Source of the DNA: Octopus sinensis
Taxonomy: Eukaryota
Direction: 5' to 3'
DNA: 64,000 bases
Assembly: GCF_006345805.1 (NCBI RefSeq)
Contig: NC_043000.1
Span: 115,692,001 to 115,756,000 of the forward strand
Notes under the pieces: generated by a model
Told to the model about the DNA's origin: nothing
Database searches by the model: none
What the model saw: the letters and a program-made list of their open reading frames with translations, nothing else
Program-made: the position numbers and the translations under genes
In this document: piece after piece, positions 22,922 to 37,560 of the stretch
Layout of the letters: every line of letters starts with the position of its first letter
Position numbering within the stretch: position 1 is the first letter of the stretch

Positions 22922-23130
22922 CAGGGTGCATAAGGTATTTGAGGACATACCTTCTTTGGGTCATTACTGCATTTTTTGCTAACTCTGTATAATCTTTATT
23001 TCAGAAAATAATAATGGCAGACATTCAGCTTAATCAAGAAATGAAGAGGCATGCTGTTATTGTGGTTATAAAGGCTGAGCATAGCGATTTAGAAATATCT
23101 CGATTTTTAAAAGTTGTCAGATCTTTCGTT
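22922..23130 (+). mobile_element. Tc1/mariner-superfamily 5' remnant
   Basis: CAGGGTG terminus and ORF start at 23014 MADIQLNQEMKRHAVIVVIKAEHSDLEISRFLKVVRSFV (HTH-like), cut off by (AT)n. Confidence 0.5.
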
Positions 23131-23133
23131 AAC

Positions 23134-23253
<120 letters not shown>

Positions 23254-23294
23254 ATTAAAGATATATATATATATGTTGTGTGCATATATGAATG

Positions 23295-23620
23295 ACTGAT
23301 GCATCTGGACACATCTTCAGTGATGTGCCTGGTATCATTTGGTGTTTCGAATCTTTCAACATCATACACCCTCCTCCAGTTGACCCAGCTGGGGCTGATT
23401 AGACCGCAGCTTGTGTCCAGATGGCCAGCTAGCTACGCCATAGCTCTCCTCTTTTGATCCACAGCCATCTTGAGGCCTTCTCTGCCGCATTGGTGGTACT
23501 GCGGATGGCCGTCTTCCATCTCACTTCCTCGATGCCCAAACTGCTGTAGGCTCTGGTCAGGGAACGGGCTGCAAAACCCCTGCATCTAACCACCACTGGG
23601 AGACACCTCGCTTTCCAACC
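23295..23620 (-). mobile_element. 3' end of RLE-type non-LTR retrotransposon (R2 group, HERO/NeSL-like)
   Basis: [36 protein letters not shown] followed by a 3' UTR. Confidence 0.75.
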
Positions 23621-24992
<1,372 letters not shown>

Positions 24993-25076
24993 AAGTTAAT
25001 CCAAACAAGAAAGCACAAAAAATATTCATACATTCATATATGTGTGTATATATGTATATGTGTATGTATAGTTAGT

Positions 25077-25290
25077 TAAAGTTAATCCAAACAAGAAAGC
25101 ACAAAAAAAACCCACAACAACGCGAGGACGTGGAACAAATATAGTATTATTGGACGCTCAGGAAAGAAGGAAAGAAGGAGGGTTTAACGTTTCGAGCGGA
25201 GCTCTTCGTCGGAAACATAGGAGAATGAAAGACCCAGAGAAGGGAAGACAGAGGAAAAAAATCGCTAACGGTACACACGAGGTCACAACA
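25077..25290 (-). mobile_element. Short dispersed repeat (family HH-B) with hammerhead-like motif at 25182-25216
   Basis: Near-identical to 50157-50362; partial copies at 9298-9390 and 9478-9570. Confidence 0.75.
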
Positions 25291-26960
25291 TATATAAAGA
25301 TTATATATATACAGGTGTGTGTGTATATATACTTACATGCTTACATACCTATACATTCAATACATACATAAGTTTTTATTTTATAAGCTTCATGCTTTTA
25401 TCAAAGTATAAATAGCATAAATGAAAAATAATGTCTGTCTTCAAGTTGGAATTGAAACCGGTGTGTATGCTCCTTCGGAGAACTCTGCACGGCGATTCAG
25501 TATTATAGTTATGGGGACCTTGCGATTAAATAATTTGTTTTTTATTATCCAAAATGAATTATCGTTGGTTTGGTGGCAACGCAGTCAATTTGAAACTACA
25601 TCACTGACTTGACTCAGTAGGAGTTTACCTTTTACTTAATAATCTCCATCGCCATCAAGCATTAATTGATAATATGAACCGAAGCCTAAAGTTTAAACAA
25701 ATCTCTTATCGATTATTCCAGAGCTACTCAAACACCGTATAAAGTAAACACATCCAGCTTCGTACAGAAAATGAGTTAAAGATAAATATAAAAGAAACGT
25801 GCCAAATAATAAACCGAGGAAAATTAATCAATCATTTATAATAATTATTATTTTATTGCTTTTAATTTTCTCTCTTTTTTACATTTCATTAACCAACGGC
25901 TTCATATTTTAATGTTATCCTAATGGGAGGTTGAGAATTATTGCCGTTTATAAAAGAATTAGCAACGCATGTGACAAAGGTAACCTGCAAAGGAAGAAAT
26001 AATAATCTTTCAAAAGTTTCCTTGAATAGAGCGTAGGCGTGGCTGAATGGTAAGAAGCTGGCCTTTCAACCACATGGCTTCCCACCTTGGGCAAGTGTCT
26101 TCTATGATGATGTTAATAATAATAATAATGATGATGATGATGGTAATAATAATAATCATAGAAAGAGGGGTGAGAGAGAGAAAGAGAAAGGGAAAGAGAG
26201 ATAAGCCAATACATAGTTGGTAATAATCAAGTAGACAGGAATAATGTGAAATGAATCGCCTTGCTCAAGAACTCAGCGCGCTGCCCCGACCAAGAATCGA
26301 TCCAACTTTCTTATGATGATGAGCTGAACAAATGAACTATTAGGTCACGTGACTTTACTAGGGTTGTGATGTAACACAGTGTAAGTCGGAGTCTGCTCTA
26401 ATATTACATTAAGGGTTCTACTGTTTAGTAAACATACAGCTACTCACTACGATTACGGCATAAAAAAAACACACGCACGTATTAGACGCATCCCCATTTC
26501 AGCAGCGCATATTCAGGAAAGGTTTGTAGTGCATTAAAGCATCTAATATCGGTTCAATTTTGCATATAGGACCTGGGGCGAATTTTTACTGAGCCCATTT
26601 TATTTTTGTCTTTAATTATAGTAATATTGGTTTCAAACTGGGACAAGACCAGTATGTTTGGAAAGGGTCCAAATCAATTATATCGATCTCAGTGTTCGAT
26701 TGGTATATATTTTATCGATTCCGGAAGAATGAAAGGCAAAGTCGATCATAGCGGAATTTGAACTCGGAACGTAAAGACGGACGAAATGCCGGTTAGTATA
26801 TTTTAAACGCATTTGACTACATGGTCGTCCTTCCACGTATCATGTTCACTGTAATCCTCAAGGACAGAAGATCAGTGTTATGCGAGAGCAGATCTCCGGA
26901 GGAATTGATTGAAATAATTTCAAAATGTGAAGGCAATTATAGCGCGCGTGCGTATGCGTG

Positions 26961-27037
<77 letters not shown>

Positions 27038-27468
27038 ATACACGCATATGTGTGTGTTTTGATGAATGGAACTAAAGACAGTGGAACTGGTGTTTATTTA
27101 CGACTGTCTCCTGCACTAATAAAACCAACCAAAAATGATATATGTATAATGCGAACAGGTTTATAATACTCTTGGCTCTATAAATGATATCATAATTTTC
27201 TACAGACAGTTAATGTTGATGGATACGATCATAATTTAGCGTAATCTTTATACTCGTGCTGGCGACATAATAGCATCATAAGCGATAACGACAGCAGATA
27301 ATTATAATGCATATTCATGAAGTGGTGTTTGGGATAATTCATGGCAGTCAAATTATACGAGTCACACAGGCAATATCTATTGTTATGTTCTGGGCAATAT
27401 ATATTTATTACAAATGAGGCAGCTACAAATTAAATATTCAAATGCTGCGTTTCATTATTTCATAAATG

Positions 27469-27900
27469 GCGGGCGGTGAGCCGGCAGAATCAGTAGCACG
27501 CTGGGAAAAACGCTTAGCAGTATATCTTTCCGTCTTTACATTCTGAGTTCAAATCCTGCCGGGGTCGACTTTGCTTTTTATTCTTTCGTGTACGATAAAA
27601 TGAGTACCAGTTGAGCACTGGGATCGTTGTAATCGATTTAACCACTTCCGAAATTGCAGGCCTCGTGCCAACATTCGAAACCAATATCATTCATGGTGGA
27701 AAGCTGGCAGAATCTTTACCGCGCCGGACAAAATGCCGCTAAGCATTTCGTTTGTTTTCACGTTCTGATTTCAAATTCCATTGAGATCGGCTTAATCTTT
27801 CACCTTTTCGGGGTCGATAAAATAAATACCAGTTGAGCACAGGGGTCGGTGTAATTGACTTAACACCTCTCCCGAAATTGCAGACCTTGTGCCAAAATGT
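27469..27900 (+). mobile_element. Two tandem diverged SINE-A-related copies
   Basis: Shared head and body with an alternative tail gaaattgcaggcct(c/t)gtgccaa. Confidence 0.75.
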
Positions 27901-27959
27901 GAAACCATTATTATTATTAAGGCAGTGAGATGACAATATATATTGCTTCGAATTTGTGT

Positions 27960-28260
27960 GAATGTGTATAGCGTTCCGATAATGCACTCCCTGTCTCACC
28001 TATATATATAGTTCCTCGCAATTCGAGCATTTTTTTGCAGGAGATCAAATTTCTGTCTTTGCAATTCATATCTGCATTTGCGAAAATCTGTCCATTTTTT
28101 GTTCTAATGGATCTAACAGTATGCGTGTTTTGACACGTTCCACATCTGTTATCATTACACTTGGATACTGTGAATGTTTTATCATGTTTGTTCATATTGA
28201 ATTTACCTTTGTTAATAGTTTCCTTAGGTTATGTGGTTACCTTCTGCCTAAGTTAAGAGT
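27960..28260 (-). pseudogene. Penelope-like element GIY-YIG endonuclease relic
   Basis: PHNLRKLLTK..KCNDNRCGTC..MNCKDRNLI..YIGETGSALSER. Confidence 0.8.
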
Positions 28261-28637
28261 CTGATTAGTTATGTCTTTAAATTTTTCACTTCATTTCATG
28301 ATTGGCAATTTTGTTTTGATGATGGTACTAAAAAGGTACCAAAGTTATCAAGAACTCAACTATCAGTTCAACACATTTGAAATCTGATGATTACTCTACG
28401 TATGAAAGCACTAATTTAACTTTATGAGCATTACAAAATATTTTTTTAATGTTAAAATACCATAATAAAAAACGTAAAAACCAGACCATGTTTTAACTTT
28501 ATTCAACTGATATATATATATATATATTTATATATTGGTAAAAACGGTAAGATAACAAAAGAAAGAAAGAGACCTCAATATTATGTAAATAGAGGAAATT
28601 TATCTATAAAATAATATGTACAATTACTCAATAGTCA

Positions 28638-28700
28638 AGATAAAACTCTGAGTTTCAGATGCCGAAGTGGAAATCCACAACATCATCTCTTCGGTTATCT
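28638..28700 (-). ncRNA. Candidate type-I hammerhead-like motif (family HH-C)
   Basis: AGATAA CCGAAGA GATG...CATC T GAAACT-CAG-AGT T TTATCT; 6-bp stem I. Confidence 0.45.
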
Positions 28701-30003
28701 GGCCATCTGAAAAAACGCTATGAAAAAATACCGTTATATAAAGGGAAATTATTGTTTTATAATTCTGCTACTTATATAAAATACGATTAAAATTTCATAG
28801 TAAAACACGTAAAACATGGCTAGTCATACGCTCACATGTGCACTCGCGGACCCACGTGCGTACTTATACGTCACTATGAAAACGTACACATCTTCACTCG
28901 CATTTTTCGCCAAATATATACGCATATATATAAACTCAGAGTTTTATCTTGACTATTGAGTAATTGTACGTATTATTTTATAGATATATATTTATATATA
29001 TATATATACACACACACAATGGGTTTCCACTCAATTTACGACTACCAAATTCACTAAAGTATTAGTTGTTTTGGAGTCATAGCTGAAGACACCTGCTCAA
29101 GGTACTGCGCAGTGGAACTTGAAACCGAAACCGCTCGGTTAGAAAGCAAACTTCCTGACCGCACATCCTATTAATTTGCACAAACAGTGGCTTATATTCA
29201 TGTACAACTTACATGAATATAAATCATATTTATTATTTTGTAGTTTCGTATTTACATCACATATAATGCAAGAATATCCCACAGTTATTGTAGCTAAAAA
29301 TCAGCAAAATATGATATGAATTCTTTTTGATACAAAATAATCCCTTTAAAATAATTTCATACAAAGCGTGATAAAAAATAATATAGATTTAATGGTAATT
29401 ACTCATCAGTTTTTGAATATTGTATTCTAATCTAATTTATGAATTTTTTTATTTAATTTAATTTTAAATCAACCGGGTTTATTCTCTCCTATCACGAAAA
29501 AATACAATATTGAGTTTATATAATTCTATCGTCTTTTAATATCACGTTTTACTAAATTTTGCACAGCAGAATTCACGTCATGTCTTATAAATTTTTGTCT
29601 AAGGAAATCCCTCGAAGCGGCTCTGCGTTAAACTTATCTACAATTTCATCAGAGTCGATAATGCAGAAATGCAAAAACTTTAAATCAAATTAAATTAGAA
29701 ACTAAACTGACTTGCGTAAAGATCGAGTTAGTTGAAGGTAAATATTGTTGTAAAAAAATGACGCTTTTCTGTTGTCTGGAAATCATTCAGAGGGAGCTAG
29801 CTGTTCCACTATCACATGGAATAACAATTAGAATAGAATATGTCGTTGTTTTTATACGACCGAATTTTCTGCTAGGTTATTAACAGCACTGTGCTTACTA
29901 AGCCCCCATTTTGTGCCAGCGGTCTGATTTTGTGATAAATTATAGTCGAATTGTTTTTAGCCATATATATAATATAATATACTATAATATAATATAATAT
30001 ATA

Positions 30004-30063
<60 letters not shown>

Positions 30064-30295
30064 GATGAGTGTATTTTCCTTGTTAACAATTAACACGGAA
30101 AAATAGAAGAGAATATTGCATTGATTTATACCATTTAATCTTTTGAATAATATCAGTGAAATCTTCGAAACATGTGTCGGAAGTAAAAGTATTTGATTTA
30201 TACCTGCGTTAAACTCTATTTATATATATATATATATATATGGAATATATATATCTCATGTAACTTCCAATCACTTTGCTTTTGATTATAAATAT

Positions 30296-31075
30296 ATATA
30301 CTCCTCTCACTTACAAACAAACGATACCTCCCCCACTCTTTCTCTTTATAGTAGAATCAATGTATATCTAGTCTCTCTCTCTCTCTCCCTCTCTCTCACT
30401 TTTTCCAAATATATTTACTGACTTACTCTCTCACTCAAACACTAACGATACATACTCCACCCCCTCTCTCTCTGCGCTAGAATCAATGCGTATCTTGTAT
30501 CTCTCTTCCCCTCACTTTCACTTTCTCCAAATATATATCATTTTTTTCTATTTTTGTCTTCTGTCCATCACTTCGCCTTGTTTGAAAGACTTTTACATCT
30601 CACTCAGACCCTAGCGACACCTCCTCCTCCTCCTCTGTACTAAAGTAAATGTGTATCTAGTCTCTCTCTCTCTCGCCTTCTCACTCTCTCCAAATATATA
30701 TACTTTTTTCCTCTCACTCTTTTTCTTTCCACAACTGTGCTCTTATTTACAAATATTCTAGTCTCTTCCTCTCTCTCTCTCTCTCACTCTCACTCACTCC
30801 CCATCTCCACCCACTTTACACACTTTCTCACTCAAACACTAGCGATACATACTCCTCTCTCTCTCTGTACTAGATTCAATATGTATCTAGTCTCTCTCTA
30901 CCCTCTCTCACTTTCTCCAAATATATATCCTTTCTTCCTCTCACTCTTTTCTCTCCACAACTTCGCTCTTATTAACAAATATTCTAGACTATCTGTTCCC
31001 CTCTCTCTCACTCCTACTTACTCCCCCTCCCCTGTCTCCATCCACCAACACGTACAAACCATTTCCCCACCGTTA
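30296..31075. repeat. Degenerate CT-rich minisatellite, 4 irregular units
   Basis: tagaatcaatg..tatctagtctctct / ctccaaatatat motifs recur near 30351, 30477, 30638 and 30869. Confidence 0.7.
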
Positions 31076-31563
31076 TCTGCCCATTTTCTCCCCTGGATAC
31101 TTCATACATAACCTCTGGAATAGATGAAGTCAGTTTAAAAATAATACTTCATATCATCTTTGTTTATTTTTCTTCTAGGATATCGATATTTCATTTTATG
31201 AAATACAAAATAAATATGAAATACATAATACAAAATAAGAAAATGGAGGAATAGATTTCTTTCAATCATCAACTACCAGATAATACCAATTCATATAATT
31301 TATTAACTAATTATTTAGATTAAATAGGAACATCTAAATCCAACAGAATAAAACAGAATAAAACAATATACATCAATAAGTAAAATAATACCATAAGAAT
31401 AATACATATAAATGGCCTTTCTGGGTACTTTACTGGCAGTATATTGGATAAATGATATCCCATAGTGGGTTACACTCATAACCCCTATCTCACTTTATAC
31501 ATATACATATATATATATACATATACATATATATATGTATGTATATATATACATATATGTATG

Positions 31564-31652
<89 letters not shown>

Positions 31653-31968
31653 TGTGTGTGTGTGTGTGCGTGTGTGTATGTGCTTGTCCTCCATCACTGC
31701 TTGACTACAAGTGTTAATTTGTTAATGATGCCATAAACAAACCAACACTGGTTCGGCAAAAGAGATCGGTAGAATAAGTACCAAGAACTTCAAAAGAATA
31801 ATAAGTCCTAGGGTAGATTCGTTCGACTGGAAATTCTTCAATGCGGTGCCCCAGCATGGCCGCAGTCTAATGACCGAAACAAGTGAAAAGATAACAGATG
31901 GAAGAATCGTGTTGTAATGATTATAGGAGGAAGTGTTGTTATGATGTGGCACCTTCCACAGTATATAT

Positions 31969-32241
31969 GTGGCGCCCTCTGCGACTGTGTAGCAATAACC
32001 ATTTTAGCCATTTTGAAATGTGGCGCGAATTGGCAATATGACGTAATGTCTTTGCCGAAGAATGATCATTTTCGTTTTTTTCCCACTGGTTAATATAACT
32101 GCTCATATAAAGATTCTAGAAGTTTCGAAAAGAATGTTTATCCTGAATTTCGATTCTTTTTGGTCAGGTTGAGCAGTTATAAAAACCCTGGATTTGGGGA
32201 GAGACTTTAGTGTTCGTTGGTGTCACGTAACTCCACGTCAC
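31969..32241. promoter_or_regulatory. Candidate regulatory island (CTCF-like, CRE/UPRE-like motifs)
   Basis: tggcgccctctgcga at 31970-31984, TGACGTAA at 32039, TCCACGTCA (reverse complement TGACGTGGA) at 32232-32240 in CpG-richer unique DNA. Confidence 0.3.
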
Positions 32242-32944
32242 TCACTCTTTTGGAGGCATCGGTAAATTTTTATGCCATGTCCAAGTTAATCACAAATCTA
32301 TTTTGATTTGTTGGTTAACGTATTAGGTAGAAAGAAGAAATTAGCTAAGGAATTTATAGTCGTTTTCCTTCACGACTATGTTATCTTTCTTATTGTAAAT
32401 AAATATAAAATGTTATATTTGTATAATAAAAATAATTAAAAGGAAATGTTTCTCTTCACGTTTGTTTTTCAACTGAGCATAGATAAATATGCATTTCTGT
32501 AATCCTTAGCTTATGTTTTTCTTATAGCGGTTTAAAGGATACGATTAAAATATTCAAGATACATGGTCGTTGATGTAGCGTTCCATGCGTATATGTCTCT
32601 ATGACGTTATAACTGTAGTTAGGGTTTTAGATATAATGATAACACTTGAGTATAAGTGACGTTGAATCATTATATTCTCCCTTACTCAGAGAAAAGCCTA
32701 AATAAATAATATAACCTAAGATAAAACTAGGAAACCCGCCGTAGGAAAAACTGCATGAGTTGCCGGTCCTGGGTTTAGGTTGTTGTTTTGGTGATGGAAA
32801 AAGTGTTTCACGGAACATTGTTCTGGGCTGGTTGTTTTGTACAGCGAAGTGTTCCATGTGCGAGTCTTTACGAAATATAAAAATTTATAACGGAATGTAA
32901 AGAGACGGGTGAAGTGAATGGGGGAATTTTGTTTGGTTCGAAGG

Positions 32945-33481
32945 GAAGAGAGGGGGAGATAGGGAGAGAAACAGAGGGAAGGGGAGGGGAGAGAGACGGT
33001 GAGAGAGAGACGGCAAGAGAGAGACGGTGAGAGAGAGGGAGAAAGAGGCGATGAGAGAGACGGTGAGAGAGAGAAGGAGAGAAAGACAGTGAGAGAGATT
33101 GAGAGGGGGAGAGAATGTGAGAGAGACGGTAGGAGAGACAGAGAGACGGTGAGAGAGAGGAGGAGAGAGACGTGAGAGAGAGACGGTGAGAGAGAAAGGG
33201 AAACAGTGAGAGTGAGAAAGTGAGAGGTAAAAGGGGAGAAAGAAAGAGAGAAAAGAATAAAGGGAAACAGAGAGAGAGAGAGAGAGAGAGGGAGAGAAAG
33301 AAAGGCAGAGATAGAAAGTGAGAGAGAAAGAAAGAGGTTTGAAAATGAAAAGAGAGAGAGAGGGAGGGAGAAAAGGAGAAAGAGAAAGAAGAACGGAAGA
33401 GCGAAAGAGCTGAAGAAAAAAAGGAAAGAGAAAGTAAGAGACAGAAAGGGTGAGATATACAGAGATAGATACATATGTAGA

Positions 33482-33533
<52 letters not shown>

Positions 33534-34376
33534 ACGAAAGTGAGACAGAACGCGAGACATATATATGTATAGAGAAAGAGAAATAAAGGGAGTAAGAGAG
33601 AGAGATTGAGAAGGAGGGAAATAGATAGATCGAAAGAGAGCTGTAGTAATTGTCCAGCCTAAAGCAAGACTATAAACAGTGCATCGTCTGCTCGCTGATG
33701 GTTGGACTGTGTTGGCAAATGGAATATGGCCAATCAGTCGGAATGGCATGTTTTGAATGTGGTCCAGAAAGGTTTCCATACACACACACACATACACACA
33801 CGCACACACACACACACAAATAAACACACAAGCGCACAAAAACACACAAATACACATGCACACACGGACACACACACATAAACATACCCACACGCACAAA
33901 TACAGTCACACACATACATGTCCACACAAACATACTCACACACACACACACACATAAACACACGCACATACAAAAACATACATACACACATGCACACACA
34001 CAGACGCACACAGACAGAGACACTCACAAACATGCACACACACACATACGCAAACATACATACGCACTAACACATACGCACCCACACAGACGCACACATA
34101 CACACACATACACACACACAAACACATACACTCGCAGCCACACACAATCATATATACTCTTACACACACACAAAAGTATACATACTCACACACACACACA
34201 CACAAACACATACACTCGCCGACACACACAAATATACATACTCTCTCTCTTTCACACAAATACACACACACACACACACTCACACACGCAACATACACAC
34301 ACTCGCCGACACACACAAACATACATACTCTCTCTCTCTCTCACACACACAAGTGTACATACTCTCTCTCTCTCAT

Positions 34377-34416
<40 letters not shown>

Positions 34417-34440
34417 CACACACATGTCTATGCACAAATA
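32945..34440. repeat. GA-rich then CA-rich low-complexity tracts
   Basis: Degenerate (GA)n at 32945-33620 and (CA)n at 33780-34440. Confidence 0.9.
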
Positions 34441-34865
34441 CATTTATCTGCTGCATTGCATCAGGATTGAGAGAAATATCAAATGTGACACGTGATCGTG
34501 TGAGCAATTATTAGGCGCTCGAGCGTCGTTTAGCTTCTATCTGTTACGTGTTTCAGCCATTGGACTGTGGCCATGCTGGGGGACCGCTTTCATGAACTTT
34601 TACTTAAACGAATCGACTTCCTCGCCACCACCCAGCACTTATCATTTTTTTTTGAGTCTGGTACTTATTCTATCGGTGACTTTTGCCAAACTGCTCAGTT
34701 ATTAAGACATAAACACACCAACATCGGTTGTCGGTGATAATGGAGCACAAACACAGGCACAAAGACACACACACACACTTTTTCGGTGCTACTTTGGCAT
34801 TGGATTTACAATTCCAAAGTTTTTAATTTGGAATTGTAAATTTGTCGGAATGGTATGTTTTGAAT

Positions 34866-35101
34866 ATTAAGGCGGCGAGCTGGCAGAAACGTTAGCACGC
34901 CGGATGAAATGCTTAGCGGTATTTCGTCTGTCGTTACGTTCTGAGTTCAAATTCCGCCGAGGTCAACTTTGCCTTTCATCCTTTCGGGGTCGATAAATTA
35001 AGTACCAGTTCCGCACTGGGGTCGATATAATCGACTTAATACCTATGTCTGTCCTTGTTTGTCCCCTCTGTGTTTAGCCCCTTGTGGGTAATAAAGAAAT
35101 A
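34866..35101 (+). mobile_element. SINE-A, full length, 14-bp TSD
   Basis: TSD ggtatgttttgaat at 34852-34865 and 35102-35115; carries the aatacctatgtctg diagnostic shared with the tRNA-intron SINE. Confidence 0.92.
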
Positions 35102-35150
35102 GGTATGTTTTGAATGTGGTTCAAGAGAGGTTTCTATACACACACACACA

Positions 35151-35201
<51 letters not shown>

Positions 35202-35549
35202 ACGTACAAACATAACCACACGCACAAATATACATCCACACTCACACAAACATACACGTTCACACAAACATACATACGCACACAAATACATATGCACACA
35301 CAGATACACACACAAATAAATAAAGATTCTCGTCATTAATCATATATATATATATATAGTTATATATGATTTTTTTCTCTCCTTGTTTCTCTTTGTGTTC
35401 CTTTCTGTGGAAGAGCGTAGGCTCGAAGCGTAAAAGACCTTTTTCAATTCCTGAGCGTTATACTAATACATCTGTTTGTTTTCTACACCACCTGTCTTCG
35501 TCTTTTGTTTTTTTTTCGTGAATTTTTCCTATATATATATATATATATA

Positions 35550-36062
35550 CTAGCAGTATCGCCCGGCGTTGCTCGGGTTTGTAAGGGAAATAACTATATA
35601 AGCATTTTTAGAGAGTTACTTCCCTTATAGATGCCAATTCGGGCTTTCTTAGCCATTTCTGTTTTGGTGTCTTCAAGCCATGAAGTCGTTGTTCTAAAAG
35701 AACGCTGGTCTCCTTGACAACGCTTTACGACGTTGATTTCCTTACACTCCCTTCCCCACAGCTTCACGAGGGAGGGAAGAAGGGGGAGAAGAAAACAGGT
35801 GCAGGTGTGACCATGGACGCCAACTCCGCCGCCATCGACACACGAAAAATTATGCATTAAAATGGAATAAAAAATGATGTTAAATTATTTTTAAAATCGT
35901 AGACTCATCGTAGACGCGCGCTAATACTCAGACGGGCTCGATATGAATCACGACTATAAGATACCCGAATTTGGTTAAACTGCACCGCAAAATGTGGGAG
36001 GAGTTAGGAATCTAAATCGAAGGTGACATACACTCACACAACTACAGTTTTATATATATAGA
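35550..36062 (-). mobile_element. Non-autonomous Helitron
   Basis: 5' TC, 3' hairpin cccgagcaacgccggg then CTAG, inserted at A|T. Confidence 0.8.
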
Positions 36063-36161
36063 TGTATATATATATACATACAGGTATAAGTTAGAGGTGT
36101 TTTCCTCACCATGTTAAAACAGAAATGATCGTAAACAACTTCAATCTCACCCTCTCACCTA

Positions 36162-36690
36162 TCTATATATATAAAACTCTAGTTGTGTGAGTGTCTGTCC
36201 CCTTCGATTTAGATTCCTAACTCCTCCCACATTTTGCGGTGCAGTTTAACCAAATTCGAATATCTTATAGTCGTGATTCATATCGAGCCCGTCTGGCTAT
36301 TAGCGCGCGTCAACGATGAGTCTACGATTTTAAAAATAATTTAACATAATTTTTTATTCCATTTTAATGCATAATTTTTCGTGTGTCGATTGCGGCGGAG
36401 TTGGCGTCCACGCTCACAGCTGCACCTGTTTGCTTCTCCCCCTTCCCTCCCTCGTGAAGCTGTGGGGAAGGGAGTGTAAAGAAATCAACGTCGTAATGCG
36501 TTGTCAAAGAGACCAGCGTTCTTTTAGAACAACGACTTCATGGCTTGAAGACACTGAGTCAACGATTTAAAAAAAAAATTATCATCATTTTTTATTCCAT
36601 TTTTAATGCATTTTTTTGCTATAACTCTCTAAAAATGCTTATATAGTTATTTCCCTTACAAATCCGAGCAACGCCGGGTGATACTGCTAG
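36162..36690 (+). mobile_element. Non-autonomous Helitron, same family in opposite orientation
   Basis: A|TC start, ccgagcaacgccggg..CTAG|T end. Confidence 0.8.
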
Positions 36691-37505
36691 TATTTACTAA
36701 TTAAATAATGGCTTACTAGCGCAACAGACACACATCTGTTTGTTATTTGTCCTCCATTTTCTTCTCGCCTATATACGCCAAAAGGGCCAATAACAGGGAC
36801 AAAGGCACATACAGGAGTGGTGATATGAAAAGCCCCAGACTGAAGTAAAATATATATATGTGTATATATATGTATACATACATATATATATATGTGTATA
36901 TATATATACAGGCAAATACGTATGCATGTATATATGTATATACATCTACACACAGGCGCGAATAAATTTCTATTTGCGTATCTGTGTCCGTGTGTTGTTA
37001 TATTACTTGCACAACAACCGTTCTTCACAGACGGGCCTGATGGGAGCTTGTTCAGCTGCTCATCACATGTTAAGCACGTAGCTAGTTGTGACCTTTCATG
37101 TTAGAGATTATGGCGAGCAACAGATAAACGGTGATATTATTAGTTCGCTAATGTCTAAATACTGTCTCCAGACAAATTTATTTATTTCATTATATGGTCA
37201 TGTGCTGCAAATACAATTTTACAACAATTCACCTCTCCCCCCCTCTCTCTATCTCTCTCTCTCTCTCGCTCCATATATCCACATATACCATATGATATAT
37301 ATATATATATATATATATAGATATATATATATATATATAATATATATATATATATAATATATTTATATATATATATACCTTATATATATAATATATATAT
37401 ATATATATAGGGATATCTGTATGAAAATATATGTATATAGTATTATATGTAATATGTGCATATATGTATAATGTGCATAAACATATGCTGAAATATTAAC
37501 ATTAC

Positions 37506-37560
<55 letters not shown>

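Noticed and set aside
30110-30220. Repeat shared with 45115-45230 containing GAAACATGTGTC
   Set aside because: Only the 3' half of a hammerhead-like motif is present; no CUGANGA-like core could be placed
32716-34443. 252-343 aa minus-strand ORFs
   Set aside because: Derived from GA and CA microsatellite tracts
36990-37110. Possible small exon after gttcttcacag
   Set aside because: No clear donor site or recognisable peptide
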